Assembly: GCA_040776805.1 (NCBI GenBank)
Contig: JAXGZS010000004.1
Location: forward strand, 151,215 to 215,214
Direction: 5' to 3'
DNA from: Clostridiales bacterium
Lineage (GTDB): Bacteria > Bacillota > Dehalobacteriia > UBA7702
DNA: 64,000 bases
Within the stretch, counting starts at the first letter, position 1; the number at the start of each line of letters is the position of its first letter. The position numbers and the translations under genes are program-made. Under the pieces are notes generated by a model. That model saw nothing but the letters and a program-made list of their open reading frames with translations, was not told the origin of the DNA and made no database searches. Of this stretch, positions 59,556-64,000 are shown one piece after another.

Positions 59556-59978
59556 TCATTCCGACGCGGGTAATTCATTGAGCACTTCCATAATGGACGA
59601 CATAGCGTAACTGCGGTCATTTACCGTAACCTTACAATCTCCATCCATAAACTGCACGCTTTGGACAACGCCCTGATCCTGGGAGTAGTTGCCGTTATTA
59701 TCGTAGGCGGCCACAATCACATTTTTCCCCACCATGGACGCTCCGTACTGCGCGTAAACCAGTTCCGTCATCGTTTGCATGGTCTCCAAAGTGGTGAACT
59801 GCGCCATCTGCGAGATAAATTCCGTATCCGACGTGGGATTCATCGCATCCTGATTGGTGAGCTGCGCCACCAAAAGATTCAAAAAGTCCTGGGTGTTTAA
59901 GGTACTACTGCTTGAGGTGGAGGTCGTACCGGTGGACGACGCCGCTGCAGCGGTTGTGCCATAAGCATTAATTTCCAT
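59556..59978 (-). CDS. flgD: flagellar hook capping/assembly protein FlgD
   Basis: QDFLNLLVAQLTNQD ... FISQMAQFTTLE. Length 140 aa. Confidence 0.85.
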   Translation of the reverse strand: MEINAYGTTAAAASSTGTTSTSSSSTLNTQDFLNLLVAQLTNQDAMNPTSDTEFISQMAQFTTLETMQTMTELVYAQYGASMVGKNVIVAAYDNNGNYSQDQGVVQSVQFMDGDCKVTVNDRSYAMSSIMEVLNELPASE

Positions 59979-61644
59979 ATTCCTGATTCCTTTCTGTAAA
60001 GTACTTTTCGCTGAGCATATTCAGCGTCTTTAGAAAGTGTTCTGCATTCAGCTCTTGTTGTTCTTCGTTTTCCTCAGCCTGCTGATCCTCGGCGGAATAG
60101 GGGTTATGCTGACCTCCCTGTTCGTCCTTGGATAATTGCTGTTGGGCTGACTTTTGCTCCTGGGGCAAAGAAAGCTGAACTTCCTGTTGCATGTGGGACT
60201 GCAGCAGCGCCTTAATATCATCGGCGTTGGCCAAAATGATGCTCTGCGTTTTCGCGCTGGCCGCACAAATTTCCACGATTAAGATACTGTTTTCCACCGT
60301 CATCTTCACATTGACCTTGCCCAAATCTTTGGGATATAATTGCATTTCAAAAGCCTTGCTGTTCTGATCAAAATGAGCGTTTATTTGGTGCGACAGCTGA
60401 GTTCGAACTGCGTTTTGGGTTTGGTCTGTAGATTTGACTTGGCTTTGGCCCAAGGTTTGCACTGGCGCCGTGTTCGGTAAGGCGGTATCACCCACGCTTT
60501 GCCTTTGCTCCCTGATTTCCGCCGGTTCCCCGTTTTGCGCCGGGGTCAAAACGATGCTGTCTACCGTGGTTTGCGGCGGGATAAAAACACCGTTGGCTGC
60601 CGTGGTTTGCGCTTGAGTGAAAACTGCGCTGGCGGCGCTGGTTTGCGGTTGTGTTGAAACGCCGCTGGCTACCGTGGTTTGCGATTTGCCGTATCCCGGG
60701 CCGCGGTTCTGTGCTACCGCCTCAGCGGGAAATCCTATCTTCATTGATTGCAACGTTTCATTCTGAGAAGGGTTTTTCGGTCGCCCTGGCAGCGGCGTTG
60801 ACCCCATGGCCGCGGCTGCGGACATCACCGGCGCCGATCCTTGATTGCCGCGAGCTTGTTCTACTTCGGAAACCGGCGCCGTCACCCTTTGCGACAGCGG
60901 ATGGAAACTGTTTTGCGTTTCCCCAAAGACACTCACCCCTTGCCGGACGGCGTTTAATCCCGCCAATGTCGGGGGTTCGCTGGCCGACGGAGACGACGCT
61001 ATGGCTGTAGTTTGACCTTGCTCTGTGTTGAACAAAGGATTCTGCGTGAGACTGCTCCCTTGCAACATCCCGGCTGTTTGCGGCAAAAAGGCCAAACCGG
61101 TCAGGGAGAGGGATCTTTGTCCTGTTGGCAATGGGGACTCTGCATAAACATTAGCCGCCTGGGCTCTCTGATCCTCCGTGATGTTTACGCCGGGGAAATC
61201 GCTCCCGATAGCGGGAAAACCAAGGTTTTCACTGTTTACCGCCTTAGGGTTTACCGTCAACCCCTCTGTTTCTGCCTTAGGGTCTTGCGTTAACCCCTCT
61301 GCGTTCATGGCAGCCGGCAGCAGGGGCAAATCCGCCACGTGGGGCCCCATGGATTTTCCTTGAACCATTGGTATGAACCAATCGCTTACAGCGAGAAGCT
61401 GTTGGTTTACGGCCCCGCTCCCAAGAGCGGTTTGCTCCCCATTGGCCTCCGCGCCTGTTTTACCTTCCTCACTCTGGCCACAATCCTTTTTACCACAAAT
61501 TCCTGGGGTTACAGCGGAAAGGCTTTGTTCCTTCAGCATTTTGGGAAAGAGATCGGATTTTTGGCCGGCTTCACCGACCACTGCCGGATTTACGGCTGCT
61601 GTTTGCGTTATACTGTTGCATTGTATCTGCTCCACTTTTCTCAC
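59968..61644 (-). CDS. fliK: flagellar hook-length control protein FliK
   Basis: Long Q/P/T-rich central region. C-terminal FliK domain (LYPKDLGKVNVKMTVENSILIVEICAASAKTQSIILANADDIKALL). Confidence 0.8.
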   Translation of the reverse strand: MRKVEQIQCNSITQTAAVNPAVVGEAGQKSDLFPKMLKEQSLSAVTPGICGKKDCGQSEEGKTGAEANGEQTALGSGAVNQQLLAVSDWFIPMVQGKSMGPHVADLPLLPAAMNAEGLTQDPKAETEGLTVNPKAVNSENLGFPAIGSDFPGVNITEDQRAQAANVYAESPLPTGQRSLSLTGLAFLPQTAGMLQGSSLTQNPLFNTEQGQTTAIASSPSASEPPTLAGLNAVRQGVSVFGETQNSFHPLSQRVTAPVSEVEQARGNQGSAPVMSAAAAMGSTPLPGRPKNPSQNETLQSMKIGFPAEAVAQNRGPGYGKSQTTVASGVSTQPQTSAASAVFTQAQTTAANGVFIPPQTTVDSIVLTPAQNGEPAEIREQRQSVGDTALPNTAPVQTLGQSQVKSTDQTQNAVRTQLSHQINAHFDQNSKAFEMQLYPKDLGKVNVKMTVENSILIVEICAASAKTQSIILANADDIKALLQSHMQQEVQLSLPQEQKSAQQQLSKDEQGGQHNPYSAEDQQAEENEEQQELNAEHFLKTLNMLSEKYFTERNQEYGN

Positions 61645-61671
61645 CTCCTTTCGCCATTGGCTTTTATATGG

Positions 61672-62112
61672 TTAAGAAGCAGTGCAAGTCCGATTGACGT
61701 ACTCTTCCACTTCCAACTCCTGCTGCTTATGAAGGAGCGCATTGTACTCCTCCCTTTGTTTTTCCTGTAGCTTTTCCAGGCCCGAAATATCGGTTTTCAA
61801 AGCGATCATTTCATCTTTTTTAAGGGCAATTTGCCCCTCAACCTCTTCCTTGCGCCTGGTACAAGCATTGGTCTTTTGGGTGATATCGTGAAAATACATC
61901 TTGTAAACCATAACCTCTTGGGGGCCGATGCCGATGCTCATCTGCTCGTTCAATTCTTTGTTATACTTATGAAACATCTCATTGAGCTGTTGGATTTCCA
62001 TATCGATTTGCTTCAGTCGTTCTTGCAGCCGCATCATTTCATTAACCTGCACCTCGAGTAATTGCTGCTTCAGATTTAACACCTTTTCAAGAGAAAACAC
62101 AAACTTTTTCAT
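61672..62112 (-). CDS. fliJ: flagellar export chaperone FliJ
   Basis: ATG at 62112. Coiled-coil sequence FSLEKVLNLKQQLLEVQVNEMMRLQERL. Position between fliI and fliK. Confidence 0.75.
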   Translation of the reverse strand: MKKFVFSLEKVLNLKQQLLEVQVNEMMRLQERLKQIDMEIQQLNEMFHKYNKELNEQMSIGIGPQEVMVYKMYFHDITQKTNACTRRKEEVEGQIALKKDEMIALKTDISGLEKLQEKQREEYNALLHKQQELEVEEYVNRTCTAS

Positions 62113-62178
62113 ATTGTTTAACACCCTTTTATAAATTGAGGTAACATATCCGCCGCCAAACCAAATCGGACACGCCGG

Positions 62179-63477
62179 TTATATTTCACGCATTACATTC
62201 ATGGTATCTTCGAAGGAAACTTTTTCGTCGATTCGTTGTTTTAAGAAAGCATTGATCTCGTCAATTTTACCAACGGCTTCGTCTAACCGAAGATTCATGC
62301 CCGGTTTATAAGCGCCGATGGAGATCAAATCAGTGTTTTGTGTATAAATCGCGAGGAGATCCCGAATTCTGGCGGCAGCCTGTTTATGTTCCGGGGAGAC
62401 AATATCATTCATCAACCGGGAAATGCTGGCATTCACATCAATAGCAGGAAAGTGATTTTTATTGGCCAGGGAGCGGGTCAACACAATATGACCGTCGATG
62501 ATGCTGCGCACCGTATCGGAAATCGGCTCATTGGTATCGTCCCCTTCGACCAAAACGGTATAGATCCCGGTGATCGAGCCGTTTTTAAAGTTTCCGCTGC
62601 GCTCCAGTAATTTCGGCAGCTCCGCATAAATCGAAGGCGTATATCCTCTGGCAATCGGGGGTTCTCCCAAGGCCAGTCCCAGCTCTCTTTGGGCCATCGC
62701 GAATCTGGTCAGGGAGTCCATCATCAAAAGCACATCTTTTCCCCGGTCTTTGAAATACTCGGCGATTGCCGTCGCCACGGCGGCACATTTTAAGCGAAAC
62801 ATCGCCGGCTGGTCTGAGGTGGCCACCACCAACACGGAGCGCTTTAAACCTTCTTCCCCCAAATCCTTTTCGATGAATTCCGCGACCTCCCGGCCGCGTT
62901 CACCCACCAAGGCAATGACGTTGATGTCGGACTTCACATTCCGGGCGATCATACCCAAAAGCGTACTTTTGCCGACGCCGCTGCCGGCAAAAATCCCCAT
63001 TCGCTGGCCTTTGCCGATGGTCAGCAAACCATCGATGGTTTTAATTCCATAGTGTATCTGCTCTGTTATTCTGGGCCGATCCAGGGGATTGGTGCAACAG
63101 CCCTCCACATCATAGTATTCGTTCACGGCAAAGTCGCCCAAGCCGTCGATGGGCTTACCGGTAGAATCAATGGTTCTGCCGATCAAAAAATCTCCCACCG
63201 GCACCCGTAACTGATTGCCGGTAGATTCCACCAAACTCCCGGGGCCGATGCCCTTCACATCGCCATAGGCCATTAACAGTACATTTTGTTCTTTGAAGCC
63301 GACAACCTCCGCAGCGATGGTTTTATCCTCATCCAAGCTGGTAATGGTGCAAATATCGCCTGTTTTCGCATGGATTCCGGTGGTTTCAACGATCATGCCG
63401 ATAATATTTTTCACCTTTCCCATGGAGTGAAACAGGGGCAGCTGTAAAAAATCAGAATACGCTTGTTCTAACCTCAT
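62179..63477 (-). CDS. fliI: flagellum-specific ATP synthase FliI
   Basis: Walker A GSGVGKST and Walker B VLLMMDS. F1/V1 ATPase fold. Length 432 aa. Confidence 0.9.
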   Translation of the reverse strand: MRLEQAYSDFLQLPLFHSMGKVKNIIGMIVETTGIHAKTGDICTITSLDEDKTIAAEVVGFKEQNVLLMAYGDVKGIGPGSLVESTGNQLRVPVGDFLIGRTIDSTGKPIDGLGDFAVNEYYDVEGCCTNPLDRPRITEQIHYGIKTIDGLLTIGKGQRMGIFAGSGVGKSTLLGMIARNVKSDINVIALVGERGREVAEFIEKDLGEEGLKRSVLVVATSDQPAMFRLKCAAVATAIAEYFKDRGKDVLLMMDSLTRFAMAQRELGLALGEPPIARGYTPSIYAELPKLLERSGNFKNGSITGIYTVLVEGDDTNEPISDTVRSIIDGHIVLTRSLANKNHFPAIDVNASISRLMNDIVSPEHKQAAARIRDLLAIYTQNTDLISIGAYKPGMNLRLDEAVGKIDEINAFLKQRIDEKVSFEDTMNVMREI

Positions 63478-63501
63478 TTTTACCCCTTTCCCCGATAAGA
63501 T

Positions 63502-64000
63502 TTATTTCTGCAAAACCTTTTTAATTCTGTTCAATTGTGTGTCGATGCTAATATCGATGATCTCTGTGGGCAATTCAATGACGCAATCCGTATCTTCCAT
63601 TTCCTTGCTGGGTAAAAAGCGAATGCCTTTGGCGATTTGTTCGGATTTTTCGATAAATTCCGGATCATTATTTTTCAATGCCTCGAAAACGCCGTAAGAG
63701 AGGTAGCATTTCAACCATTCCTGGTGTTGATACTGTTCCAATGCCTGCCGGATCATGGTGCACATTTTCGTTTCGTCATCTTTCAGCGTTTGGTTCAGTA
63801 TTTTTTCTATCATGTTGATAGCCAAGAGGGTTAAATTGTCCTGTTGTTCTTCAATGACTTGATCTCTGCTCTCTTCCAAACGCGCGATCAGGCGCAGCAA
63901 TTCTTCGATATATTTCTCATTGCTTGCTTTTGCTTCCAAAACACTCTGTTGATAACCGGTTTTCTCCCCCGCGATCAGGCCTTCCGCATAGCCCTTTTCA
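63502..64000 (-). CDS. fliH: flagellar assembly protein FliH, C-terminal part; reading frame remains open to the window edge
   Basis: The listed ORF starts at a TTG, but the frame stays open upstream to position 64000. It encodes ...EKGYAEGLIAGEKTGYQQSV, typical of the FliH GYxxG region. Confidence 0.7.
   Translation of the reverse strand, partial: EKGYAEGLIAGEKTGYQQSVLEAKASNEKYIEELLRLIARLEESRDQVIEEQQDNLTLLAINMIEKILNQTLKDDETKMCTMIRQALEQYQHQEWLKCYLSYGVFEALKNNDPEFIEKSEQIAKGIRFLPSKEMEDTDCVIELPTEIIDISIDTQLNRIKKVLQK

Overview
This 64 kb window looks like a Firmicutes (Clostridia-like) chromosome at about 50% GC, and it is densely coding. Running left to right it contains the following.

- **1-1193:** the 3' end of an amino-acid ABC transporter ATPase gene and a DapF-fold protein gene.
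- **1341-3057:** an SLH-domain surface protein gene, followed by an orphan SLH-domain fragment.
- **3155-15953, minus strand:** a cell-wall polysaccharide cluster with the following genes.
  - A frameshifted Wzx-like flippase.
  - A GT2 glycosyltransferase.
  - A second, intact Wzx.
  - rmlD, rmlB, rmlC and rmlA.
  - A further GT2.
  - A Wzy-like polymerase.
  - A third GT2.
  - A GT-B glycosyltransferase.
  - An LCP-family ligase.
- **16.1-22.2 kb:** a small locus of mixed genes.
  - A Zn-ribbon mini-protein.
  - A CX5R protein-tyrosine phosphatase.
  - A very cysteine/glycine-rich protein co-transcribed with a Trp/Pro-rich ORF and followed by a DtxR/MntR-family metalloregulator. This locus is flanked by a duplicated coding fragment.
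  - ndk, bcp, a Ca2+/H+ antiporter and an FMN reductase.
- **22.3-29.0 kb:** flagellin on the minus strand, then divergently flgM-flgN-flgK-flgL, a YviE-like gene, fliW and csrA.
- **29.2-31.7 kb:** an SLH-anchored subtilisin-like protease whose signal peptide is out of frame with the body.
- **32.2-37.9 kb:** a roughly 5.7 kb SLH surface-protein gene built from near-identical 513-bp tandem repeats. Four single-base deletions break it into five ORFs.
- **38.1-41.9 kb:** a LuxR-type response regulator and a HisKA_3 histidine kinase, next to a large membrane-bound paralogue of that kinase that lacks the phospho-acceptor His.
- **42.4-43.1 kb:** an AT-rich orphan membrane protein, then three tRNAs (Thr, Tyr, initiator Met).
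- **43.9-64.0 kb, minus strand:** a large flagellar/chemotaxis operon running fliH-fliI-fliJ-fliK-flgD-flgE-flbD-motAB-fliMY-cheY-fliZPQR-flhBA-fliA-rod genes-cheCD. It has no flhF or flhG between flhA and fliA.

I found no transposase, integrase or CRISPR array. The items most worth follow-up are the Cys-rich protein with its metalloregulator and the rearrangement scar around them, the His-less pseudokinase three-gene sensor module, and the frameshift-riddled giant repeat adhesin.
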